DNA of 59,842 nt, the filler included, from Sphacelaria rigidula (taxonomy: Eukaryota): NCBI GenBank assembly GCA_964200075.2. It is 4 parts of 4 records of this genome, joined end to end, with 100 filler letters (N's around TTAATTAATTAA, not from the genome) between each part and the next. Parts side by side here need not be neighbours in the genome. Positions count along the whole stretch, not along the records: positions 1 to 14,889 come from CAXNAA020002004.1; positions 14,990 to 29,876 come from CAXNAA020002005.1; 2 more parts are not named here. One strand, given 5' to 3'. Below, one piece after another: positions 1 to 20,462 of the stretch (the first letter of the stretch is position 1; each line of letters starts with the position of its first letter). A program made the translations under genes and the position numbers. Under the pieces are notes generated by a model. The model did not search any database and was not told where the DNA came from. It saw only the letters and a list, made by a program, of their open reading frames with translations.

Positions 1-65
1 AAAAGCTCCAAAAAGACATTTTTCTGGGTTTTAATTTTTGTCTATTATAGGAAGCGGCCTAAGGT
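1..65. mobile_element. Terminal arm of a MITE, same family as 42978-43466
   Basis: aagctccaaaaagaca..tgtctattataggaagcggcct aligns with aagctccaaaaaggca..tgtctgttacaaggagcggcct at 43403-43460. Confidence 0.7.
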
Positions 66-3000
66 GAACAATTCGTGGGCCAAAAATCTGTTTGCCATAA
101 CATCCGGCCACTAATATTAACACGGAAAATTAATCATCTTCATCTTGTTATCCGCACAAATTCTTCAAAATATATGGCTGCATTCCTTGACATACTGTAC
201 AGGTAGCTATTGGTATAACTATACCGACACATTTGGATTCTGCGATTATAGCCGAATTTTTGGTCTCCTAGATGAAAAAACAGTTGTGGTCGGGGATTTT
301 AGGTTATCCAGCTTAGTGTGGTGTGTAGTACTTTTCAAGAGCTACCAGGTGAGGAGTGTAAGATTTCGAAGAATTGGCGGTGTGGATACGAAGATTTCAA
401 TTTTCCGGGTTATCATCCTCAATGAAAAGCTCCACCCTTAAAAATCGGCTATTCAAAGAAGGTAGGGGTCAGGTAGGCTGTGACACATAATGGACAGGTT
501 CAAGACGGATGGATTTTGGCCTTGCAAGTGTAGACGTGTGGGGCATGAACCGAGGAACGGAATCACACATAATAAATATGTTGCTGTACTGTAACAATAC
601 AATTGTTTTGTACTACACTCGCTACACTACTACTGCTGTTGTATCTGGTACGCTGGGTACGCTAACAGTGGCAAGGCCACTTCTACGGAATTTTGCCGAT
701 TTTTGATCGTTTCAGGTAATTAAATAAGAAACTACCCTAATGGTCATTTTCCTTGCTGTGTAGGCGGAGGTTTTTGGGCTGTTGGCAATAGAAAAAGGGA
801 GACACGACCCTGAGCCATCGGGAGGGTGAGCGCGTCAGCTTACACCGGTCAGGTAATGAGGGACTTTGTTGGCTGTAGAAGTCTTTCTCTTTGCCCCCCT
901 CATATGCGGTGTATATATTATGATTTTCGTCGACTTCGTTCCCATTGCTATCGATCACCAGTGAGTCGTCTCTCCGGTCATGGGCGGACAACATAGACAG
1001 CACTTTGGTACTTCATTACAGTGGGACGACAACTGTTAGTTCGGTAGTACAGGGCAAAACATCACAGTAGCCCTACAGTACCGTTGTATGGTGAAGCAGA
1101 AAAGACATGCGATTGCGACAAGACAGGACAGTGGAGGTACTTCTCCCGACACTTCCCCGTCTCACGCCTATTCAACCCACGCATGATCCGCTGTCGTGAC
1201 TGCGGTATCATTGTCCTGGGGGCAGACGAACCCTGGCAGCGTGCCTCGGTCGTGTTCGCATCTCAGCAAATTTGTGCAATCTTGACACCTAGAAAACAAC
1301 TCCGCTTGTTACAGCCAGGTACCTGTTTTTACTGGCCAAAATGTTCGCAAGACGGGGTTGGTGGTCAGTTCTGCTAATGGCTGCTGTGGGAGGCATCCTG
1401 TGTCTTAATCGCTCTATTCGCTTCCAGCCGTTACCCCGGTCTCCTTGTTGTAAAGGATTCAACCTCGCTAGCAATGCATTTAACAAAGCGCGCGACCCAT
1501 GTTCTCACGGAGCCTCACGAAGCCGTAATGTGAGCATGGGAAACATTCCTGCCGCCCCCCAGAATTTGCCCCCTGTAGTTTGCAGCAGCTCTTTATACGA
1601 CATCGTGGCGCATCTTTTCATGCGCTTCTGTCTCGTGTGTTGGCGTGTCGGCCCCACTTCACTGCCGGCTGCTTTCTCATAGCTGCTGCTTGTACGCGGG
1701 TGGGTGCTTCGATCTCCGGTCATCACTACTTCACGACACTTGCACCGGAACCGCGGTGTGCTCGTATCGGAGGCAATGATGGACGGTGGTGAGTGGTACG
1801 GCAAATTTCGATCTTCGGCTTTCATAATCCTGGGCTAACAAACTCAATCAATGTGTGGGGTGCAGTTTGGTGACTGGTGTTGGGTGGGACTGGAACCCTG
1901 GATACCCACGTGAATCTCCTTTTCTTTTCCTGGGCGTATGTATGTTTTTCATTGCGGTGAGACGAACAAGGCCTTCGCTCTGTCGTTGGACCTATTCAAT
2001 GCAGATGAATAACGTGGGTGCAATTCTCTACGGGCGTTACTGAATCCCGAATCCCGCTGAGCATGCATGGGATTGACTGCCTGAGCTTTCGGGCGCGAGT
2101 ACTTCCTACATGCGACTGACCACCTTGACTGCGAATCCAAGTTTGAAGTCACACTGTGCTGTGTGTGCTCCACAGCCAGTCTCTACACGAGCCTCTTGTT
2201 ACAGCACTGTCATTACAGCACTGATACTGGCTGTAATGCTCAACCTTTGCTCCAACGCCCCACAGCACCATGCGTACACCAAAGGTTGTCACGCTATTAT
2301 TTTCAATACAACACTGAAATTGTCCGATCCAAGATTGTGCACGCACTCAACATTTGTTCCTTCCACGCCTGACTTTCCTTCTGGCAGCCTCGAAGTTGCC
2401 ACCCGGGGCACGGAAGAAGCAGAAGAAACGCGGTAAGAAGAAGGGCGGTGGCAACTCTCAAGGACAGGCAACAAAAGGTGCGAGCGGTATTACAAATACT
2501 ACGTGCCGGGCATAAGGTAACACATTGGTGCTCAGCCCCGTCCAAGTCCAGGGGCATCCTTCTCGTTCCGTTGAAGAAAATACGCTGTCTCTCGTCGCGT
2601 GCTATTATTCAAGGATCTCCCACAACCACGTCTAGTACAAATTTTAGTTCCTTCCTCATGCTCGAGCGTTCAGCTTTAGATCGACCGGCAGACCCGCCCA
2701 CTGTCCAGAGACCGGTTTCTGAAACCCAACAAAGCCTTGATATATTTTTCTTAACCTCCTTGGACCACGGAAAATGTATGGAAGGAGTACAGTAACTACT
2801 CTGAGCAAGAAGGAGGAGCACTATGTTACGTCAAGAGCAGTGCTACCCACAGAGGAATAACCAGCGTCGAAGATCGCCCGGTAAAATTGTTCCGAAAACC
2901 CGTCTGGCGCCCAAGGGTTCAACCGTTCGAGTACCAAACACGTCATCCGAATGCGGACATGTTGCTATCGCACCGTTTTGAACACTTATTTTTGTACACG

Positions 3001-4563
3001 GTTCTCCCGCAATAGAGAGTATGATGTCTTCGTGGTCGAAGGGCTGATGAGAAATGACGATCTACGGTACGCAGTACAAACGGTCATCGACTCCCGGCTG
3101 AAGGCCACGCATCAATTCCGAAATAACGTTTGACAAAAAAATTCATGTCGCTTCTCCTTATCCCCAAACCTTCAAATCGCCCGGCTGTGTCATTTGTTGA
3201 ACGGGCATCATCCTTACTTTAAAATGACGGTGATTCAGATGACCCAACCCACCCTGACGATGAAAGGGTAAGGCGCCCATAGATGAACAACTGTCTCGGG
3301 CACCCGTTTACCGAGTGAAGATGAAGCCGATTCAACATATTTTCACACCAGAGCACTTCGGGGAAACCACTCCGGCGCGAGTCCGCCTTCGGAAAGAATA
3401 TCTTTGGCTGAGAGTACAATCCCGCATAGAGTGGGAGAGGGGGGGGGAAGTTTTACTGAGGCGGACACTGTACTAGTCGGCTCTTTCATGGTTTTCAGCG
3501 AGGCACAAATAGATACCCCGCGCCACCGTGGGGATGGAGAAATAGATGTCGCCCACGTCTAATATCGTATTTGCCCGATGCATGGTGCTGGGTACCAGCA
3601 GAGCCGAGTGGAATATAACATGAAAGCTGAGCTCCTATCAACGCTTAGGCATAGCAGATTGGGTGAGTAAAACTGGATAATATTTCATGGTTTTTGAACG
3701 AGCATGGCGGTCGTCTCGAGTTTTTGGAGGCGGTATTTTCCGTAGGCCTCGATGGACCTCAGTAGGACATGGGCAGTTTGCAAAACTTGTCATGAATTAT
3801 TTGTTGGGGCAACAGGCATGCGGTAGCCTTGTATCATTGATTGGGGGACGCGTGCCCCCGTTTCCCCTCCTTCGTGCATAATTTTGCGGTGTATGAGGAA
3901 ACTTCCGCACGCGCATGACTAAGTGTACTGCAGGCACGATCATGTTGACTGTTTAGTTCTGTGACGATGAATGTGCTGCTGGTCGTCGCTTGTGCATGAA
4001 GAATTATACTACGCGTATGCCGACTTCCCATCCCCGCCCCGAAAAGCCAAAAAAATCGATGTTGAACTCTCGAACCAGTCTCTGAAACGGATCAAGTTGA
4101 ATTTGTGAGAGCGTTAGCCGCTGGTTTATATGTGTTCATTTGTTCCTGTGTTTCTATCGGGTCATCTTTGGTTCGGTCTTCGATAGAAGGTGAAGCTAAC
4201 GTACTCGTGGCTCTCTCCGAGGTGGTACGAGTACACCACATTCAGATCATCCAACCACCTGGTCGTTGCAGCTCCAGCATGACCGAAGCATTACAACAAG
4301 CCCAATTGTTCAACCTAGCGAAAATCGTACAATTCTACAGCCTTCGGTTGTTCATATTTGCCATAGTCAAAGCTTTGGTTTCAGACACATGAGACACTAC
4401 CGCTGTTGCATCCGATAAGGTCATCCCGAACCTGGATTGACTTGTTTGGTAAGCCACACCTTCGGCAAGCCGCGACATCTGCTGTGATTTGATATCTATT
4501 TCCAGTATACCATTGCTACTCGTACAACGGTATGCAAAACATTTATGGCTTGAGGTGAAAGCC

Positions 4564-13355
<8,792 letters not shown>

Positions 13356-14814
13356 GTGACGAGTCTTTTTGCATCGGCGGTCTGTAGGCTGATATCCTCC
13401 GAGAATAATTTCAGCAATGACAGTAGGCATGCATCACGGAACTTGTCTCCGCAAGAATTGGGAATTCTGACGAACATTTGGGATACCCATTCGTATCAGC
13501 GACACAAACATTTCATTTTGCATTTTTTGCATTTTTGCACGTTTCCCCCCTCCCTCACTGTTTTCCATCCAACATACTCATATATCACCCATTTTCGTAA
13601 AGTTAGTGTATATTTTATGTTCTCACTTGGAGATTCACAATGGAAATATGTTGAAATTTCTTCAAATACAATCTTTGCCTTCAAAATCAAGATGTTGTGG
13701 GGTATTTGGCAATATATTTAATTTCCTTGGTTGTAAAGTTGTCCAGGCTCTCTCGGAAGGCAAGGGGAAAATGAGCCTGTAAGGACTGATTCATTTGTTT
13801 TGTGTATGAGAACGTGTTCTTGATATTTCACGTGAAGCATATAAAACCAACAAAAGAAGTAAGGAGCGCTACTGAACATCACAAATTTGCCGTATTGAGT
13901 TGCTTTCAAGATTGTGCCCGTGAAGTACGTCATTTGACACAAAGCAGATCTTGAAGCTTCTCGTATATATACAAACCGTATGTACAAGCAACGTGACGAG
14001 GATGTCTCCCATCGCTACTTATAGGATCGAGATGAAATATCGGACGTTACTTCATTGTTGAAAATGCGAGTCCCTGTAATATGTTTTTGTTGAGGAAATA
14101 GCAAAACAAGGCATTTCCGTGACCCTCCCAAATCATGTTTGCACCAAGAGTTTCGTCGAAAAAGCTGCAATCTTTTTCTTCAAGATTGAGGAAATTGAAC
14201 GCGTAAGGTCACAAGGTCCTTATTCGAATCACCAGGTCGACGCAAGGTGCTCGGTCTGCCGAGGTGTGGAGGAATAGCTGAGAACAGAGATCGATGATTT
14301 GTTTGGATGCCAGCAGCATAGTAGTTTTCTTGTGCCTTGGACCACGATTCCATCGCCTGACATGCTTGTTGAGCGTGCTGTACCGCGTCAACAGCAGAAC
14401 ATACGACTATTCCAAGTAAAGAGGAGATGGATTATGATCAAGCATGACACTTGGCTTTGTTCGGTTTTGTAGACCTTGTTGTTCGTTCATTCTCAGCGCG
14501 AGCCAGGCTCTCTGCTGATCGACAGTTGTTTGTACTCTTTGCTAATGCCGTGCGATGTGTAACTTTTGAGTGGCCAAAACACTGCGAAACGTCTTTTTGT
14601 TGTTGTCCCGAGATTACTTCTGGGCGTATTTTGAAGCCCTTAGCCCGCCCCCCCCAAATACGGATTCATATATCTGTTCGTTGGAAAACCCCCGAAGACG
14701 ACCATTATTTGATGTATGTGGTCTGATACGTGGGGCGCCGGACTACCGAAGGTTGAAAAGAAGAAATAACAACGTGCCTCAGAAGTTGAGTGATTTCCGC
14801 AACTTTACGCCCTC

Positions 14815-14852
<38 letters not shown>

Positions 14853-14889
14853 CCATCACATTAGCTTGATCTCTCGAACCCGTGGTCAC
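14815..14889 (-). mobile_element. Retroposon 3' end with (ATA)n microsatellite tail, cut by the contig end
   Basis: Minus strand reads gtgaccacggg..aatgtgatggat followed by about 12 ATA repeats; shares the gaccacgg core with the other retroposon tails. Confidence 0.55.
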
Positions 14890-14989
14890 NNNNNNNNNNN
14901 NNNNNNNNNNNNNNNNNNNNNNNNNNNNNNNNNTTAATTAATTAANNNNNNNNNNNNNNNNNNNNNNNNNNNNNNNNNNNNNNNNNNNN
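14890..14989. other. Artificial contig linker (N44-TTAATTAATTAA-N44)
   Basis: Exactly 100 nt; the central 12-mer gives stop codons in all six frames. Confidence 0.98.
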
Positions 14990-15170
14990 TGGAGAGTATT
15001 CAGACCTCAGAGGTCACTGGAGCATCAGATGCCCTCCAGAGGATTCGTTTATACCCATTCCAGAGGGATGAAACACCTCTAGAGGGCATTTGAGCCTCCA
15101 GAGGGTCATTTACCCTCCAGAGAATGAAAATCACGATAGAGGATTTCCAAACAGGAGCCGAATGGTCGCG
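14990..15170 (+). repeat. Dispersed repeat rich in ctccagag; second copy at ~43488-43675
   Basis: agacctcaga(g/a)gtcactggagcatcagatgccctccagagg..atgaaaatc..agccgaatggtcgcg is shared by both copies. Confidence 0.8.
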
Positions 15171-15537
15171 TGTGAAGGTCTAGAACGTCCATATTTGAGG
15201 TTGCTGGCACCTCAGGGGCCACCCGTGTGCGCTCGCCGGCCTGGCCCCACCTAAGTTCAAGAATGAAGTTCGAAATATACTCTACATGAAAAGGGACTGG
15301 AAAGAGAGCCCGCGAGTGGTGTATGAGATAGCACATAATTTGGCGGAAAAATGAAAGATTGTGGAAGAAGTTGACGAACACCGCCGCCAGCAACCGCAAC
15401 TTAGGCAAAAGGGCGACTCATACGGTTCGAAAAAACTGACATCGCAGGCCGGTGCAGTGGCTGCGACGGGGTAGTGGCGGTTCTAGCTCGAAAAAGCGTC
15501 ACAGACCTGGTCCCAGCTACGCAGGTTGCTTTGAGGA

Positions 15538-16438
15538 TGGCGACAAGGATCACTAAAATAAGAATTGTAACAAACAGAGCACACCTGCGGCCACGGTGAG
15601 TGCGTCAGGTGGGCGAGTAAAGTTGCCGCCGCCGCCGCAGCAGCAGCAGCAGCAGCAGCAGCTGTAACAGGTCCATGGTCAGCGGGGGGGCAGTAAATGT
15701 CCTGCTCCCACACGGGCTGTTTCCCCAGGTGATGGAACGTAAGGGGTGCTAACAGTGCGGATAGCATGGTGCCGCCCCAGCCTACTGCTCCAGCTCCTGC
15801 AGCCTAACCCTCACTGCCGGCGGGACCGGCTCAAGAGCGGACGTCGCAGACAGTGCCGGTATGGCGGGGTCTGCACACCACTGAGGTTGCAGATTTACAG
15901 GCTGAGGGTGTGGGAGTTGACAGCAAACAGCGATGCTGCCGGGCGGACTTTTCTGTTCCCGGTTCCGCAGCCAAGAACGTTTGCCCTGTCACTGCGGTTT
16001 TGGATTCGGGGGCTGGCATCACTATCTTGTCTGTATATAGTGGCAGCCCAGTTGCAGGCAGTGTTCCCTGATGTGCCCGTTGTCACGAGCATGGCTCGTG
16101 CACACCCGGTGAAACTAGCCGATGCAATGTACGCAGTACGCAGTCGAGGACTTGTCCAGTGCGCACTGCTCTGCACACATATTGGACCCGTGTCATAATA
16201 CGGTTATGCCAGATGCCGATGATGTGGTGATCATCAGGAGCGGTACGCTGGAGGCCATGGGCATTGACGTGTAGAGTGGGCTGGATGCATGCGCACACTC
16301 GAGACACACGGTGGTGAGAGGTGTTGATACGCCTGAATCCCGAGAATGTAGGCGTGTGGGCACTGGGATTGAGGCGTTACAGGATCGAGGTATACAAGAG
16401 GAGCCTGTGGATCCCTCCATTCAGCGATTAATGTCTCA
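15538..16438 (+). pseudogene. Internally deleted Gypsy gag-protease relic
   Basis: MATR start like the gag at 25163 and 29583, a poly-Q tract (15638-15662), aspartic protease motif CPVTAVLDSGAG, then degenerate matches to the VMPGTDDVII and CRRV..EALQ segments of the 27091..28200 frame; frameshifts and stops present. Confidence 0.85.
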
Positions 16439-16722
16439 AGACTCCGGGCAACGTTGTTACCTTTATTCGGTACATGACTACAGTGGAGAAAATGCATAGC
16501 AGGCGTTTATAGGCTGCTTGATGGATAACGGGTCTGAGAGGATGATCGGCGGACTCTGTGATGTATGATGTATGCAATACGAGGTGAGCCGATCACTCTG
16601 GTTTTAACAATACTGCTATTTGTATGTACACTGTTTGAGTCTTGAAGTCTCTGGAGCCCGTGACAGGGAGGAAGCCTCTGTAACAGCACTGTCATCTTGT
16701 TCTGATTTCAAACAAGTCTATA
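16439..16722 (+). repeat. LTR type A, copy 1 (first 3 nt missing)
   Basis: Colinear with 16821-17104; starts agactccgggcaac, ends gtctata; followed by ATAAACGTTTAT. Confidence 0.85.
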
Positions 16723-16820
16723 ATAAACGTTTATTCAGGAAACTTGTCGTTCTGGATTGGGATTGTGACCGCAGCCCATAGTCTCTAAAGCGGGGGACGC
16801 TCACGTTGAAAAACAGGGGG

Positions 16821-17104
16821 TGTAGACTCCGGGCAACAATGTTACCGTGGTTGGTTACATGACTGCAGCGGATAAAATGCATAGCAGGCATTCAAAGGCT
16901 GCTTGAAGAATAACGGGTCTGGGAGTATGATCAGTGGACTCCGTGATGTATGTTGTTTGCATACAAGGTGCAAGATCACTTCAGGTTTTAACGAAGACTG
17001 CTGTTTGTATAACTGCTTGAGTCTTGAAGCCTCTGGAGCCTGTGACAGGGAGGAAGCCTCTGGATCAGCACTGTGACGTTATTCTGATTTTAAACAAGCC
17101 TACA
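16821..17104 (+). repeat. LTR type A, copy 2 (284 bp, TGTAG..CTACA)
   Basis: Inverted termini tgtag/ctaca; preceded by the purine tract gaaaaacaggggg; followed by ATAAACGTTTAT. Confidence 0.9.
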
Positions 17105-17902
17105 ATAAACGTTTATTCAGGAAACGTGTTATTTCTGGATCAGGGTTTTGAAGCCGCACCCCATAGTCACGTTGAAAAACAGGGGGCAGGAAGCGGCTGA
17201 GAGAGAGGCGCTGGTCATATAACCCGAGGCAACTGAAGGAAGACGACTTTCGGAAGAATGACAGCGCGCAGGGGGATGACAGGAGTAGAGCCGAGAAGAT
17301 CCTGAGGTAGTGCTAGCGTGCGCTTTGCTATCGGTTGATCCAGCTGGGACAAAAACGCGGCGCAAAAACTACATTAGACGGGAGAATTGCGAGAATAATG
17401 GCTCAAGGTTGGCCAGCCGCGTGCAAGAAGAAGAGTTCACGGACTTCAAATACATGGCGAGACCTGTGTGAGGAAGAGGCGCTGTGACCATTGTTGTTTG
17501 GTGGCCAAGCGCAACCCTAAACGTCCCGTACTACAGCCGCAGGTTCTCGAGCGAGAAATCAGACGACCTTTTACAGAAATACTCCTTGTATGCTTGAAAC
17601 TGCAGGGAGGTGTTATTCGCAAGGAGCTTGCCGTGCTCATGGTGAATCTATCTGCGCCAGTGACATGGCGGGAGATCGTTCAGATGATTCGCAGGGCTGT
17701 CTACTTGAAGGACAGGTGGATGCCGGGTTGGCAGAATTGCCACCGGAGCAGCGCGTAGCTGTGGACACGCCTTGCATGATCGAAACAACAGGGACGTGTG
17801 ACCCGCGTGAAGCGGATACGCAGAGCGAGCTGCAAGCTCGTGATGCTGTTAGCGATCACAATTCTGACGGCGACGACGAGCGTCGCGTGGTGTTGGGTGG
17901 TC

Positions 17903-18163
17903 TGTAGACTTCTGTCACCCAAGATCAGATTACCATGTGGACTCCTCCCATTACGGGCACATGGACTTCAGCAGCTTTAGTTATTCATGAATTAACCCTC
18001 AGCATAGTACAGGAGAACAGGACCATAGCCTCTCTCCACCAGAGTAGCAAAACTAGGCCTGCTCGTCATGGAGGTTACCCATCAACAGAGTCCGGCAATC
18101 AGACCCGCAACTCCACTTACAAATGTCCCAAACCTTAGGTAACAATGATGGCTAGAGTCTACA
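17903..18163 (-). repeat. LTR type C, intact (261 bp)
   Basis: Perfect 8-bp inverted termini; homologous to 24414-24710 plus 26573-26656 and more distantly to LTR A. Confidence 0.9.
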
Positions 18164-19359
18164 GCACCCCCAGAGCTCTCTACTACCAACAAGTAGTTAC
18201 ATCAGAGCTTGACAAACTCAGAAATCATTGGTGCTTGATAGTCGTTTTCCGCAAAGAATAGCAATATCTCCCGCTGCTTTCGACAACAGCTCCATACAAG
18301 CTTGCCCCACTTCCGAACAACTCGCAAGAGATCCTAAGAAAATGTCGCCCATCATGAACATGCAATCACGCTACTTGCACCACTTCGAGTTACAAAGCGA
18401 TAGGTAGCGCCGAATTCTCAAATCTTCGCCCAAAACAAGTCTCTTGACTTGTGAACCTGCCTGCTTCCATCGGCCCAGCTACATGTAGCACCCCCACAGT
18501 GCCGCTGAGCATGCACCAAACGGTATACTCGCACCGTCAAACCAATACGATAAATCCTTTGCCCCCACAGATGCTTGAGCATCAGCGAAAGCTCGTGCTT
18601 CAGTCGTTTTTTCAGAGGAAACGAGAGGCGAAACGGTAACAGCCATACAGTCCCGCACAGCAACACCTCCCGATCGCATCACATCCTCCTCAAGCATCCG
18701 ACCGTGCAGCGGCATAGACACCTCGATCAACGCCGCCAAGCACGACAAACCTGTCCCTGTAAATAGCAGTGCATACGATCACTCCAAAATACGCAACGCT
18801 CGACGTCGCTGTAGGAATTATGACCGTTAATAATATCACAAGCCGGAAGCTCGCTCTGCCTACCCGCTTCACGCGGGTCACACCCCCCTGCTGCTTCCAG
18901 CATGCACGGCATGTCCACAGCGCCACGCTGCTCCGGCGGCAACTCCGCCAATGGTGCATCCAGCTCTCCTTCAAGTAGACACCCCTGCGAATCACCTCTG
19001 CGAATCATCTGAACCATCTCCCGCCATTTCGTCGGCACACACAGATTTGCCATGAGCATGGCGAGTCCAAAACTCGCTTTGCTCGTCCGCATGACGCGAA
19101 TAACACCCCCTGCAGCTTCGAGCATGCAAGGCGTGTCTTCAGCAACACGCTGGTCATCGAACTCAAGTCTATCGCGTGGATCTAAAGCCGTCTACTTGGA
19201 ATACACCTCCCCTTGAAGCAGAGATTCCTGCGGAGCTGTACTTGCTCCCGCCGTGTTTTAGGAGCATTGCACCTATGACAGCCTCGGCTCACACATCGCC
19301 GACAGCCTCGGGGCACTGCATTTTTGTTGGGTGCGCTATTTGGCTCTTCAGGGGCTGCT

Positions 19360-19610
19360 GCAGCCGCAGCGCGCCGGCCAGCCGCTGAGGACAGTTCCTT
19401 TGTGGTGGGACAAGATTTGTGAGGCTTTTTCGATCCAGAACCGCCACTACCCGCTGCGGCGGCCGCAGCCGCGGCGCGCCGGCCAGCCGCTGAGGACAGT
19501 TTCTGTGTGGTGGGACAAGGTTTGTGAGGCTTTTTCGAGTTCGAAGCGCTACTACCCGGTGCAGCGGCCGCAGCCCCGGCCCGCCGGCCAGCCGCTGACG
19601 ACAGTTTCTA
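19360..19610 (-). repeat. 105-bp tandem repeat (about 2.4 units) at the gag position of a degenerate element
   Basis: ccggccagccgctga recurs at 19374, 19479 and 19584. Confidence 0.9.
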
Positions 19611-20179
19611 TGTGCTTGGCACAATCAGGTGCTTGATCCTGAGCCTCGACATTTCAAATTTTTAAAAAATGTAAAAAACATTCTGCTGCCGCCCAAGCAC
19701 AGAAACTGCAGCTCTGCCCGTACACCAAGACGAGCGTTGTCACCACACTATGGCGACCACAGCATCTCTTTCCACGCAGCTCTCACCACGTTTTGAAGTC
19801 CTCCGTAGACTCCTCTTCTTGAACGCGGCTGGCCAACCTTGAACTAGCCCCCTTGCAATTCTCCCGGCTGAGGTAGGAATTACGCCGTGTTTTTTGGCAG
19901 GCCTCCGGGTAACCCAGCTGGTGATCAATCGATTCCAAACCGCACCCTCGCACTACCTCAGAGCCTTCTCGGCTCTACTCCTGCCATCCTCCTGTGCGCT
20001 GCCATCCTTCCAAAAGGCTCCTTCCCTTCAGTTGTCTTCGCTTATATAACCAGCGCCTCTCTTTCCGCCGCTTCCTTCCCCCCTGTTTTTCAACGTGAGC
20101 GTCCCCCGTTTTACAGACTGTGGGGTGCGGCTTCGAAAATCCTTTCCGAAAACGACAAGTTTCCTGAATGAACGCTTGA

Positions 20180-20462
20180 TGTGAACCTGGCTGCAATCAC
20201 GACAAGGTCACAGTGCTGCTCCAGAGGCTTCCTCCCAGACACGGGCTCCAGAGACTTCAAGACTTCAAGCAGTTGTACAAACGGCAGTCTTCGTTAAGCA
20301 GAAGTAACCTTGCACCTCGTGTGCAAACATCATACATCACGGAGTCCATCGATCATACTCTCAGACCCGTTATCCATCAATCAGACTATAAACGCCTGCT
20401 ATGCATTCTTTCCACTGCAGTCATGTTCCGAATCAAGGTAGCGATGTTGCCCGGAGTCTACA
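20180..20462 (-). repeat. LTR type A, copy 3; 5' LTR of a nested minus-strand element whose body runs to ~18450
   Basis: Reverse complement starts tgtagactccgggcaac and ends ..ttcaca; it is followed by the same leader as 17105-17490. Confidence 0.88.

Noticed and set aside
13356-13721. Read-through C-terminal extension of SRPK (ORF 13266..13721)
   Set aside because: After the donor-like site the sequence becomes AT-rich and the peptide F/H/I-rich, which fits intron or repeat sequence better.
14934-14945. TTAATTAATTAA as a biological motif
   Set aside because: Identical in all three gaps and flanked by exactly 44 N on each side, so it is an assembly linker.
16503-16520. Tf1-style self-priming partner (cgtttataggct) for the PBS region inside LTR A
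   Set aside because: Only partial complementarity, not conserved in LTR A2, and no clear equivalent in LTR B or C.
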